This document shows, one piece after another, positions 1 to 15,322 of a DNA stretch of 64,000 nucleotides. This DNA comes from an uncultured Acidobacteriota bacterium. GTDB lineage: Bacteria; Acidobacteriota; UBA6911. The notes under the pieces are model-generated. The model did not search any database and was not told where the DNA came from. It saw nothing but the letters and a program-made list of their open reading frames with translations. Within the stretch, counting starts at the first letter, position 1. Each line of letters starts with the position of its first letter. The DNA lies in contig CAWJKZ010000024.1 in assembly GCA_963843575.1 (NCBI GenBank), forward strand, positions 256,001 to 320,000, read 5' to 3'. A program made the position numbers and the translations under genes.

Positions 1-1183
<1,183 letters not shown>

Positions 1184-1243
1184 TGATGCCCGTCAAACAG
1201 TCGACGATATGAAATTAACCTCTAGAGTGTTGGAGGGGGTCCA

Positions 1244-5415
<4,172 letters not shown>

Positions 5416-5457
5416 GGGACGGACCAGAACAAACCTCTATTTATCAATTAGTTATGA

Positions 5458-5496
5458 CAAATAAGGCCCTCAAAAGGGGCCTTATTTGCGTTTTTG
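5458..5496 (+). terminator. Rho-independent terminator after rpoC
   Basis: Perfect 12-bp stem CAAATAAGGCCC / GGGCCTTATTTG (5458-5488), 7-nt loop, followed by CGTTTTTT. Confidence 0.8.
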
Positions 5497-5626
5497 GGGC
5501 CTGTTTTTTCGATTTAAGCACAAGACCCCTGGTCCCTGGCCGGCGCCGGGCCGCTCGAACCGCGGCGCCCCAAATAAAACCAACTTTTTGACAGATGGCG
5601 AGTATTCATTGGTGACTGGGAGTTCG

Positions 5627-6217
5627 ATGGACGAGAAACCGGTTGACGCACAAGACGATCAGTCGCTGATGCTGGCGGTGCGGGATGGAGACGTGGCTAA
5701 GCTCGGGCTGCTGTTCGAGCGGCATCACGCGCGCCTGTTTAATTTCCTCCTGCGTCTGACCGGCGACCGCCATCTGAGCGAGGATCTGGTTCAGGAGGCT
5801 TTCGTGCGGCTACTCAAATATCGGCACACATATCGGGCCGAAAGCCAATTCACGACCTGGATGTTCCAGATCGCCAGAAATGCCCGGGTCGACTACTTCA
5901 GGAAGAGTCCCCGCGGCGAGGTCAACCTCGAAGACGAGGTGGTGGAGCAGGTCAGCCTGGCGCCTTCGCCGGGCGAGCAGGTGGAACGCCGGGAGGAGAC
6001 GCGGATTCTGCTGGAGGCCCTGTCCCGGCTGTCGGAGGACAAACGCGCGGTGCTGTTGCTGCGCGGTTTCCAGGGGCTGAAGTTCGAGGAGATCGCCAGG
6101 GTGATGGGGTGCCCGGTGAACACGGCCAAGGGCCGGGCGTTCACGGCGATCCGGGAGTTGCGGGCGGCCCTGCCAAAAATCAAAAGCGAGCGCTTGCCAT
6201 GGAATGCAAAAGGGTGA
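5627..6217 (+). CDS. ECF RNA polymerase sigma-70 factor
   Basis: Region 2 (SEDLVQEAF, FTTWMFQIARN) and region 4 (FEEIARVMGCPVNTAKGR); ATG 5627 within ORF 5486..6217. Confidence 0.93.
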   Translation: MDEKPVDAQDDQSLMLAVRDGDVAKLGLLFERHHARLFNFLLRLTGDRHLSEDLVQEAFVRLLKYRHTYRAESQFTTWMFQIARNARVDYFRKSPRGEVNLEDEVVEQVSLAPSPGEQVERREETRILLEALSRLSEDKRAVLLLRGFQGLKFEEIARVMGCPVNTAKGRAFTAIRELRAALPKIKSERLPWNAKG

Positions 6218-6996
6218 GGGAACTCTTCCCGGACCGTTGGGCCGGGACAATCGATCCTGCAGAGGAGGCGCGGGTCGGCACGCACCTGGCCGGGTGCGCC
6301 ACATGCCGCGAGGAGTGGGCGAGCCTGGGCCGCTTGTGGGAGGGTCTCGCCAGGCTGCCCGGGGAGGAGCCGGGCGCGCGCGTGCGCCCCCGTTTCTACG
6401 CCATGCTCGAGGGATACGAACAGGGGCTGGCTCAGGCGCGCGACGGCGGCCGCACGGGGATCTGGGCGTGGTTTTTCGCCCGGCCTGCGCTCCAGTTCGG
6501 CCTGGCCTCGCTCCTGCTGGCGTTCGCGTTCGCCGGCGGCTACGCAGTGCGGGGCAGCCGGAACGGCCACGAAGAGCTCCTGGTCCTGCGCGACGAAGTC
6601 CACGAGATGCGCCGGATGGTCACCCTGTCGCTCCTCAAGCAGCAGTCGGCGAGCGAGCGGCTCAAGGGGGTGAGCTGGAGCGGTTCCGTCAGCCGCCCGG
6701 ATCCCGAGTTCCTGGCGACCCTCGTCCACACGGTCGATTACGACCCCAACGTGGACGTCCGGCTTGCGGCGGTGGACGCCCTGTCCCGGTTTGCCGGCGA
6801 CTCCGGGGTGAGGGAAGGGCTTATCCGGTCCCTCAAAAAGCAGGATTCCCCGATGGTGCAGATCTCGCTGATCGACCTGCTGGTCCAGCTGCACGAGCGC
6901 GAGGCGGCCGGCGCGCTCAAGCAGCTCGTCGACGACGACCACCAGAATCAGGTCGTCCGGCAGCGCGCCCAGTGGGGCCTGCAGAAGCTCAGTTGA
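6199..6996 (+). CDS. Anti-sigma factor: zf-HC2 zinc finger, TM helix and HEAT-repeat domain
   Basis: MEC...HLAGCATC (HxxxCxxC), one hydrophobic helix, HEAT-like DPNVDVRLAAVDAL; overlaps the ECF gene end. Confidence 0.88.
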   Translation: MECKRVRELFPDRWAGTIDPAEEARVGTHLAGCATCREEWASLGRLWEGLARLPGEEPGARVRPRFYAMLEGYEQGLAQARDGGRTGIWAWFFARPALQFGLASLLLAFAFAGGYAVRGSRNGHEELLVLRDEVHEMRRMVTLSLLKQQSASERLKGVSWSGSVSRPDPEFLATLVHTVDYDPNVDVRLAAVDALSRFAGDSGVREGLIRSLKKQDSPMVQISLIDLLVQLHEREAAGALKQLVDDDHQNQVVRQRAQWGLQKLS

Positions 6997-7007
6997 GGAG
7001 GAACGTG

Positions 7008-7871
7008 ATGCGGCGTCTCGCCTTGGGTACGGCAGTCGTCTTGGCCGCGGGATTCACGGTGGCGGCCTTTACGGCGGATTCGCGCGGCAGCTTCCCGGAG
7101 GTTCAGAAGGAAGCGATCCAGAAGACCCTCGGTTTCTCGCCCGTCGCGGGGCCGAAAGAGGTCGTCGTCGACAATGTGATCGGCTTCATTCACGTGTCCG
7201 GGTATGACGGGCAGGCAGTCCAGATGGAGCTTGACCGGACCACCCGCGGACGGACCCGTTCCGATCTGGCGCTCGCCGCCAGGGAAGTCGAGCTCAGGAT
7301 TTTCGAGCAGGGGAACCGCATCGAGTTGTACGTCGACGGTCCGTTCCGGTGCCGGGACGGATCGAAGCGGTCGCGTCGCCTCGACTACCGGGTCAACTGC
7401 GACTTCCGCCTGAAGGTCCCGCGCGCTTGCGGCCTGCGCCTGCGCACCGTCACCGACGGCGATCTCGAGGTTGAGAACGTCTCGGGGAACTTCGACCTCG
7501 AGAACGTCAACGGCGGGATTCAGATGAACGAGGTGTCCGGCCCGGGCTCCGCGCACACGGTCAACGGCGCCGTGAAGGTGCTCTTCAGCCGGAACCCTGA
7601 GTCCGATTGCTCGTTCAAGTCGGTCAACGGCGACCTGGATGTGGCGCTCCGGCCGGGGATGTCCGGCGACTTCTGGTTCAAGACGTTCAACGGCGACGCC
7701 TACACGGATTTCGACTTGACGTCGCTCCCGCAGCCGGTCTCGACAGCCGAGCGCCGCGGCGGCAAGTACGTTTACCGGAGCAACCGTTTCTTTGGCGGGC
7801 GCGCAGGGAAGGGCGGCCCCCAGATCAGGCTCGATACCTTCAACGGCAATATTCGCGTCACCTCCAGGTGA
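7008..7871 (+). CDS. DUF4097 (toast-rack beta-strand repeat) secreted protein
   Basis: Signal peptide; repeated (T/N/S)VNG.I/V and KTFNG motifs; GAGGAGG RBS. Confidence 0.85.
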   Translation: MRRLALGTAVVLAAGFTVAAFTADSRGSFPEVQKEAIQKTLGFSPVAGPKEVVVDNVIGFIHVSGYDGQAVQMELDRTTRGRTRSDLALAAREVELRIFEQGNRIELYVDGPFRCRDGSKRSRRLDYRVNCDFRLKVPRACGLRLRTVTDGDLEVENVSGNFDLENVNGGIQMNEVSGPGSAHTVNGAVKVLFSRNPESDCSFKSVNGDLDVALRPGMSGDFWFKTFNGDAYTDFDLTSLPQPVSTAERRGGKYVYRSNRFFGGRAGKGGPQIRLDTFNGNIRVTSR

Positions 7872-7891
7872 CCACTCGTACAGGAGAGCTT

Positions 7892-8731
7892 ATGAAGAAG
7901 CATTTCGCGGGCATTGCGGCGATTGCGGTGTGGTTGGGGTTGGGCGTGGCGGCTCTTGCGCAGGATCCCGCGACCGATCGGGTCACGGTTCCGTTCAGCG
8001 ACGCGTCGCGGCCCGGCACCGTGCAGGTCAACCTGATCGCCGGTGGAATCACGGTTAAGGGCTATGCCGGAAAGGAAGTGGTGATCGAGGCGAAGAGCCG
8101 CGTGGAAGGGAAATCGGATGAACCCCCCAAGGCGGCGACCGCGGGCATGAGGAGGATCCCGAACACCTCGGGCAGCCTGAACGTGGAGGAGGAGAACAAC
8201 GTGATATCGGTGGGGACGGGACCGTCCCATCGTCCCATCGACATCGTGATCCAGGTGCCGGCGCGCACCTCGCTGAGGCTGAAGAGCATCAACGACGGCG
8301 ACATCAAGGTCGAGCAGGTGCAGGGGGAGATCGAGGTCAACAACATCAACGGCGAGGTGATCCTGTCGCAGGTTTCGGGGAGCGTGGTCGCCCACGCGCT
8401 GAACGGGGATGTGAAGGTCAGCCTGGTGGCCCTCGATCCGAACAAGCCCATGTCGTTCTCCTCGATGAACGGCGACATCGACGTCTCGTTTCCCCCGGAC
8501 CTCAAGGCGGCGGTGTCGATGAAGTCGGACCAGGGCGAGATCTACAGCGACTTCGACATCCGGCTGGACCAAGCGGCCGGCAAGCCCGAGGTTGAGGGAG
8601 CGCCGGGGAAAGGCGGGAAGTACAAGATCAAATTCGACCGAACGACGCGCGGCACCATCAACGGCGGGGGCCCGGAGATGCAGTTCAAGACCTTCAACGG
8701 CGACATCTTCATCCGCAAGGCAGCCAGGTAG
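7892..8731 (+). CDS. DUF4097 (toast-rack beta-strand repeat) secreted protein
   Basis: Signal peptide ending ALA-Q; SINDG, NINGE, ALNGD, SMNGD, TFNGD repeats; C-terminal GTINGGGPEMQFKTFNG. Confidence 0.85.
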   Translation: MKKHFAGIAAIAVWLGLGVAALAQDPATDRVTVPFSDASRPGTVQVNLIAGGITVKGYAGKEVVIEAKSRVEGKSDEPPKAATAGMRRIPNTSGSLNVEEENNVISVGTGPSHRPIDIVIQVPARTSLRLKSINDGDIKVEQVQGEIEVNNINGEVILSQVSGSVVAHALNGDVKVSLVALDPNKPMSFSSMNGDIDVSFPPDLKAAVSMKSDQGEIYSDFDIRLDQAAGKPEVEGAPGKGGKYKIKFDRTTRGTINGGGPEMQFKTFNGDIFIRKAAR

Positions 8732-8751
8732 CGCAGTGGGGGCTTCAGCTA

Positions 8752-8824
8752 AGTACTGATGTTCACAAATAGGCCAACGTAGTTGTCAGGACGCGGATGC
8801 GCGCGGATCCCCACAGATCGACCT
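8752..8824. repeat. 73-bp dispersed repeat, copy 1 (MITE/IS-end-like)
   Basis: Reverse complement matches 18826..18898 at 67/73 positions by manual alignment. Confidence 0.85.
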
Positions 8825-8913
8825 GGCGACAGGCCGCGGTCGATCCGCGTGAATCCGTTGGATCCGCGGAATCTGCGTTCTGTTTTGCTTTCAACGCCCG
8901 TGGGCCGGGCGCC

Positions 8914-11900
8914 TCACGGGCCGACCACGCGTCCTTCCACCACCGGAGCCACAGGCGAATTGGCGGTGATGTAGTCGACGACCACCTGCAGCAGATCCTC
9001 ACCCGGCACCTGGACGTTCGTGCCCTGAGTGAACACCGTGTACCCGTCACCCCCGCCGTACATGAAATCGTTGGTGACGAACCTCACGGTATCCGTCGGG
9101 CCGATAGGCGTCAGCGTCCCGCCCAAGCCGTCAGGGGCCTTCCACATGCCCGTCACGACCGGAGTCGTGCCGCTGCATGCAAAGGTGACCTTGAGGCCGG
9201 AGACCTGCGGGAAGCGTCCGGTGGCGATGGCTGGGTTGCAGAACGGTGAAAAGCCGTTCAGCAAGGATTGTTCCAGCTGCGGCGCCCGTCAACGTCTCGA
9301 TGACGGTGCTGTTGCCGAACGGCAGAACCGCGAACACCTCGCCCCAGGTGATCTCGCACGGCTGCTCGCCGGCGCTGGGCGGAGCGCAGAGAATATCGGC
9401 GCGCAGACCACCGGAGTTGGTGATCGCGGCCTCGACGCCGGGGTATTTAAGGCGCATAGCATCGGCCACCAGGTTGCCCATAGCCGACTCGAACAGGCGG
9501 GTGGGAGCGCGCCGAATGTCGAATGCCTGTGTGCCGATCACCGCATTGCGCAACACGGCGGTCTGGGCGTTGGCGTCGTCGACGATGGCCTTGACGTCCG
9601 ATCGTTCGGCCACTCCCAGGTTCTTGGCGACGCGCGTCGCTGCGCCCGCCCACTCGACGTCCTGGCCTTGGACGATCATCTGGACCACCGAGTAGCTGGC
9701 CCCGGCATTCAAGCCTTCGGCGACCAGGATGTGGCCGACCATCAGGTTCGAGATCCGATGGGTGTGGCCGGCGAGGATGACGTCCACGGTGGTGTCCTGA
9801 ATGGCCTGGGCGATCGCTATGATCGGGCCGCTCCACGGAACGGGCGGATTGCCGTCCACGGCGTTCTCGCCGGCGACCGTGCCCTCGTGGATCAGGACGA
9901 TCTGAATCTGGATCCCCTGCGCGAGGAGTTTCGCGGACTCGACTCTGATGGTCTCGGCTTCGCCGAGGAACGCGAGGCCGGCCGTGGCCCCCGCGGCGAC
10001 GAGTTCGGGCGTGGACTTGAGCGCGATGCCGATGACGCCGATCCGCCGGCCGCCGTAGCTGAAGACATGGGTGCCCTGCACCCAGTCCGGGTTCCGGAGC
10101 GTCGCTTCGTCCACGACGTTGGCGCCGAGGAAGGGGAAGTTGGCCAGGGCCTGATGCTGCAATAGCCGCGCGACGCCGTAGTCGAACTCGTGGTGGCCGT
10201 ACGCAGTGGCATCCAGGCCCCAGGCGTTCTCGACCTGAATGGCGGGCCGGTCGTCCAGCAGGCTGGAGTTCGGCGGCGACGCGCCGACGTTGTCGCCGGA
10301 GGAGAACAGGAACGGTGTCCCGGGCAGTTGAGCCGCTTCCTCGTCGAACATCGTCGCCAGTCGCGCCGCGCCTCCGGCCGTCACGCTTCTGCCGTCCAGG
10401 GTGATCTGCGTCGGGTCAAGCTGGCCGTGGTAGTCGGTCACTCCGATGGCGGACACGAGGGTCCGGGCTGCGCCGCCGCGCAGGAGGTCCAGGCGCACCA
10501 GGCCCTGCGAGTGCTGCGGTTCGGGAATGCCCATCAGGTAGGCGATCGTCGGCGCCAGGTCGATCGCCCGCAGCCCCGTGGCGACCACGTTGGGCCGGAT
10601 GGAGCCGCCGCCGCCGACAAAGGCGGCGCGCATGTTGACGCCGGCGGGCAGGTTCTGCACGTCCGGGAGGTAGCCGTCCGAGCCGAAGAAGGCCGAGCGG
10701 GCGACCAGTGTACCGGGTGTGGCGGCGTCGAACTGATAGGGCGGATACGCGAAGACCACCAGATCCCCGGTGCGGGTCGGGTGCGCCATGTCCGCGCTGC
10801 CGCTCCCGCCGTTGGGGATGTAGCGCGCCTCGGCCTTGGTGTAGGCGCGGTCGATCACCTTCCAGCCCTCGGGCTGGCCGTCGCCGGTCCAGTCGTTCGG
10901 ATCGCTGAGCGCCAGGAAGGCGGTTTTGATCGCAGCCACGGTGGCAGCTTCCTGATTTGCGGGGACTTGCTGAAGACCGCCTCCCGCCGGGTCGCGCCCG
11001 GCCAGATTCAGGTAGATTTGCAGCGTGCCGCCGGCCCAGCACGCCTTGGCCTTGCCGATCGTTTCGCCGGTGGCGGGCCGGCAGTTCGCGGTCTGCGGTT
11101 TGGAGAGCAGACCCAGGTCCACCAGGACTTTGCTGGCGTCGACGGCCAGGAACTGCGGTGCGACGCCGTGCCCGGACGACACGAAAGTGCTCGCCTTGCC
11201 CGGCATGAGCGACTGGACGAGTGCCAGGGTGGCGTCGGCACCCTGATAGGCGCGCTGCACGAAAGCCGTGCGCTGCGCGACACGCCCGTCGGGAGTGCCG
11301 TTGACCTGCACGTCGTCGTAGGCCGGATTCGTGCTCGCCGCCCGGGAGGGTGGGCGTGATCAGACCAAGGAACTGCTTTTGAAACTCATCCGTCGGGGGA
11401 TAGCCGATCAGTGCCAGGTCAGGTTGGTATTTGGTCAGGATGTACCTGATGAGCGGGTGGTAGCCGGTCTCCCAGTACAAGCCCTGCTCGACGTAGGTTT
11501 CCTCGCTGACGATGCCCGCCTCGACGACGGCGAAGTCGGCCTCCATCGACGTGGGGAACTTCTGGGCCACGTATTCGGCGAAATCGCCCGTGAAGCCGGC
11601 CTCGGACCAGCCGGCCCAGCCGGCGTTCGCCCGGGTGACGGAGGTGTGGTACAGGCGCACCCGCGACAGATCTGCGGCGAGTTCCTCGACTTTCACGAGC
11701 ATGCCGGCGGTCAGGCCGTTCAGCGCACCGCCCGCGATCTTGACTTTGACGTCTCCCCAGCTGCCGCGTCCCAGCGTGGCTACCCCGTCCGCCCCATCCT
11801 TGGTCGGCGAGAACAATATGCGGTCGTAGTTGACGGTCAGGTCGTTGGTCGAGTCGAAAATGTACGCGTTCAGGCCGTACTTGTCGGCGCCGAAGTCGAG

Positions 11901-12614
11901 GACACGCAAACGCATTTCCTTGGCCGGACTATACGACGGCGGGACATTCGTCCAGCCGGCAGCGTCGGCCGGGGCGGCGCCCGGGAAAGCCGGCTGCCCG
12001 GCGAACCCGGCCGGGTGATCGAACTGCAGGCCGAACGAGGCCACAAAGTTCGCATTGTCGGTGGGCCCGATATAATTGGTCGCGACGCCCCTGCCGGATA
12101 GGAAAGTGCGAAAGTCGACGGTCGGGCCGTCGATGACGGCGAAACGGCCGCCGGCCCATTCGATCTGCGCGACCTTCCTCCCCCCGCGCTCGGCGGCCTG
12201 CGCGAGGGTCTCCGCCTGCAACACGCCGGGGTCAAAAGCGGCAGTGCGGTTGCCGAAAGGCGCGCCGTTGATGGCAAAGGTGTTGTTGGTCGAGCCGTGC
12301 ACCCCCGACCACGCTCCGGTTGCGAGGCTGTACCATCCGGCGCCGATGTTGGCCGGGGCCTGGGTGAGCAGGCCGCCGCCGGCGGCCTTGGCGCCCGAGC
12401 GCAGCAACCGGGCGACGGCAGGCATCCGCCCCTGGCCGGCGTATGTTTCGGCCAGGTCCTGGCGCATGCCGTCGGCAACGAAGAAGATCACCGCTTCCCT
12501 GCTGGCGGCCAATCGAGCGGGTGACGTCTCGGCAGCGGGTGTGGCCGATGCACCCGTTAACAGCACAAGCGAAACCACGAGCAAGGTGAACGTATGCGTC
12601 CCTGGTTTGAGCAT
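8914..12614 (-). CDS. Secreted fusion: alkaline-phosphatase-superfamily (NPP-like) domain plus 5'-nucleotidase metallophosphoesterase and C-terminal domain (indels near 11330 and 9280)
   Basis: Signal peptide; FFVADGMRQD...LATG...HG; then TDYHG, SSGDN, GHHEFD, AGHTH, TNSGGLR, LPFGN and TNDFMYGGGDGY across ORFs 10416..12683, 9131..11311 and 8914..9264; AAGGAG RBS. Confidence 0.88.
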
Positions 12615-13151
12615 GCCAAATCTCCTTGTGAACAGTGGCAGCGACGAGGTTGTCGGCGACAAAACCCGGCCCGTTCCGTACAATCACATTGGGAAATTCA
12701 ACCCACAGCCTAGGGTCCGCAAAGCCGCGCAACCCTCCCCACCCGAATTGTGCAAAATTCTGGCACGAGGTCCGCTTCCGGTCAAATAAAACTAATATCC
12801 AATTCAGGGGAGGCGGGAGCGGACCGGAGTGCGGATGGAAGAAACGGTCTGTCGGACGGACGGAGGAGGGAATCGGCGTGGCTATCCGGCGCCGAAACCA
12901 TGACGGTGCGTGCTGTCATCCCACGAAATCCGGCGGGTGGCGAAGAATCGGGCGGTGGCGTGGGGTTCCGGATCCGCGGCGGGGATGTGGAGAAAATCGC
13001 GGTTCCCTTGATTTTCAAACCGGTTGGGCGGAGGTGCGGCGCGCGGGGCACTTGTGGACGGGGGATTGCCCCTCCTCCCGGGTGTGGAGGGATACACGGC
13101 GCGGCCGAAGCCGCACACTTCCCGCGCGGCGGCGCCGAGGCGCCGCCGGGG

Positions 13152-13178
13152 AAAGCGGCGTCGAGCCGCCGCACTCCA
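13152..13178. repeat. REP-like hairpin, family 2 (GCGGCGTCGAGCCGCCGCACTCCA)
   Basis: Near-identical copies at 16251..16274 and 44516..44543; related copies at 50364..50460 and 55048..55083. Confidence 0.75.
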
Positions 13179-13190
13179 TACGGAGTCGCT

Positions 13191-13880
13191 ATGGATGCCA
13201 ACGTCGCCCAACCTCACGTCCGGGAGCAGCGCAGCTTCCTGGCCGCCGGCGAAAAACGGCTGCTCATCTGGCTGGCTGCACGAATGCCCCGGTCCGTCAA
13301 TTCCGACCACCTGACCCTGCTCGGGTTTTCCGGGGTCGTCCTGTCGGGCGCCGCGTTTTGCGCGGCCGCGTACCACCCGCGGGCGCTTCTGCTCGTCGTC
13401 GCGGGGCTCGCACTGAACTGGTTCGGCGATAGCCTCGACGGGACGCTCGCCCGGGTGCGCAACGCCCAGCGGCCTCGCTACGGCTACTACACCGACCACG
13501 TGCTCGACCTCATCGGGACGGCGGCGCTCCTGGGCGGGATGGCGCTGTCGGGCTATATGAGCCCGTTGATCGGCTCCGCGCTCCTGGCCGCCTACGTCAT
13601 GGTCATGGCGGAAGTCTTTCTCTCGACCCACGTCCTGAGGGTCTTCCGCATGTCGTTCCTGAAGGTCGGCCCCACGGAGCTGCGCATCGTGCTGGCCGCC
13701 GGTACGCTGGTTCTGTTCTACCGGCCCGTCGTCCTGCTGCCGTGGTTCGGTCCCGTTCTGCTTTTCGACGTCGGCGGCGTGGTGTCGATCGCCGCCCTGG
13801 CGGCAACCCTCGCGGTTTCGGCCGCGCGCAACATCCGCACGCTCTACCGGGAGGAGTCTCTACCGTGCGTGAGACCATGA
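13191..13880 (+). CDS. CDP-alcohol phosphatidyltransferase family protein
   Basis: Signature DSLDGTLAR...GYYTDHVLD; multiple TM helices. Confidence 0.93.
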   Translation: MDANVAQPHVREQRSFLAAGEKRLLIWLAARMPRSVNSDHLTLLGFSGVVLSGAAFCAAAYHPRALLLVVAGLALNWFGDSLDGTLARVRNAQRPRYGYYTDHVLDLIGTAALLGGMALSGYMSPLIGSALLAAYVMVMAEVFLSTHVLRVFRMSFLKVGPTELRIVLAAGTLVLFYRPVVLLPWFGPVLLFDVGGVVSIAALAATLAVSAARNIRTLYREESLPCVRP

Positions 13881-14323
13881 ACGCCCGGTCCGCCGTCGTC
13901 CGCCGCTGGCTGAGGTTCAATGCCGTCAGTGCGCTGGGAGTCCTGGTTCAGCTCGCCGCCTTGGTGCTGTTCACGCGCCTGTTGGGATGGAACTACCTGA
14001 TCGCCACGGCTGCCGCAGTGGAGACCGCCGTGGTGCACAATTTTGTCTGGCACCAGCGCTGGACGTGGGCCGGGCGGTCCTCTCCGGGCGCCGCCGCGAT
14101 CGGCGCCCGGCTGGCCCGCTTCCACCTGGCCAATGGCGCGCTCTCCTGCGTCGGAAACCTGCTGCTGATGCGGCTCTTCGTGGGCGTGTGCGGCATGGAC
14201 CTGATTGCGGCCAACCTGGCGGCGATCACCGTCTGCTCCGTCACGAACTTCCTCGCCGCCGAGCACGTCGTCTTTACACGGCCGCGGCGCGCCCCCGGAC
14301 CGAGGAGAGCATACGAAGTGTGA
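13877..14323 (+). CDS. GtrA-like membrane protein
   Basis: LRFNAVSALG...HNFVWHQRWTW...NFLAAEHVVF four-TM pattern; ATGA overlap with the upstream gene. Confidence 0.88.
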   Translation: MNARSAVVRRWLRFNAVSALGVLVQLAALVLFTRLLGWNYLIATAAAVETAVVHNFVWHQRWTWAGRSSPGAAAIGARLARFHLANGALSCVGNLLLMRLFVGVCGMDLIAANLAAITVCSVTNFLAAEHVVFTRPRRAPGPRRAYEV

Positions 14324-14348
14324 TTCCACTCCTCGGGCTCCCCCGCGG

Positions 14349-15008
14349 TCACGCCGCGGCGGCCACGGCCCGGCGCTTCAGTACGGCGGCCGTGATGATG
14401 CCAAAGAGGCCGCAGAAAATCACGGTCCACGGCACCCAGAGGGAGAGCTGGGGCAGCAGACCAAGCAGGACGAACCTGGAGCCCTCGACGGTGATCCCGG
14501 GCGGAACGGCGTCGTAGTGCGTGCCCCAGTTCCCCCGCAGCGCCAGGTAATACACGACAATCACGGGTAGCCGCGCGACGAGCGCGTACGCGAGCATCGC
14601 ATTCCAATAGGCGGGCCAGGCCGGACGCATGATGAAGAGAGCCACTACGCTGCAGAGGCCTCCCAGGGCCCCCGGGATCGAAAGCCGCAAAACGTTGCCC
14701 CCGCCGCCGAGAAACGGCAGGAAACCGCCCGCAATGAAAACGACCAGTGCCAGCAACGTCAGGCCGACCGCTTTGCCGGTGCTCTGAAGCCCCTGCCCGG
14801 CCCTCTGCAGCTTCACCGCAAAGTAGATGGCGAAGACGAAGGCGAGCCAGGCGATGCCAACGAGGGCCCCACCGCCGCCGGCGGAGCGTGAAAACAGGGC
14901 CGAGGGCCACCGCTCCAGTTCGCCGACGAGCCTGAGGACAGTCACCCCCAACGTGACGAGACCCGGAACGAGCACCATCTGTCCGACGCTGATCCTTTCA
15001 GATTCCAT
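14349..15008 (-). CDS. Hypothetical polytopic membrane protein
   Basis: About six hydrophobic segments and a WGTHYD motif; ATG at 15008 within ORF 14349..15443. Confidence 0.75.
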   Translation of the reverse strand: MESERISVGQMVLVPGLVTLGVTVLRLVGELERWPSALFSRSAGGGGALVGIAWLAFVFAIYFAVKLQRAGQGLQSTGKAVGLTLLALVVFIAGGFLPFLGGGGNVLRLSIPGALGGLCSVVALFIMRPAWPAYWNAMLAYALVARLPVIVVYYLALRGNWGTHYDAVPPGITVEGSRFVLLGLLPQLSLWVPWTVIFCGLFGIITAAVLKRRAVAAAA

Positions 15009-15081
15009 ACCCCCCACCTTTCCCAAGCGGCTGCATTCTCCCATAAATACACTCCGCACCAGTCGGGCAACCGGCGTGACA

Positions 15082-15170
15082 AAGTGCGTCCGGGCTTCAG
15101 CCCGGAGGCTGTTTACGGTCGCTATAGAGCACAGATCAAAAGACGTCCGGGCTGAAGCCCGGACCCACTT
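15082..15170. repeat. REPIN-like inverted REP doublet, family 1, copy A
   Basis: AAGTG(G/C)GTCCGGGCTTCAGCCCGGA ... TCCGGGCTGAAGCCCGGACCCACTT with the conserved spacer. Confidence 0.9.
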
Positions 15171-15322
15171 GAACGCACGCGAGATTCCCGTGGCGGTGAG
15201 GGAGACACGCCGCTGCCGTCGGGCCGGGGCGCGGGCTGGTGCGTCGAAGGCCTCGCGGACCCCAAGGCTGCGCAACCAACGGCCAGCGGGTGGAGGAGGT
15301 CTGTGGTAAGCTCCGGGCGACC

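Noticed and set aside
12690-12740. c-di-GMP-I riboswitch-like GTCCGCAAAGCC
   Set aside because: The GCAAAC/GNRA P2 stem and downstream pairing are missing; only a short chance match.
12761-12776. Possible sigma-54 promoter TGGCAC-GAGGT-CCGCT
   Set aside because: The -12 element lacks TT and the next co-directional gene starts over 400 bp away.
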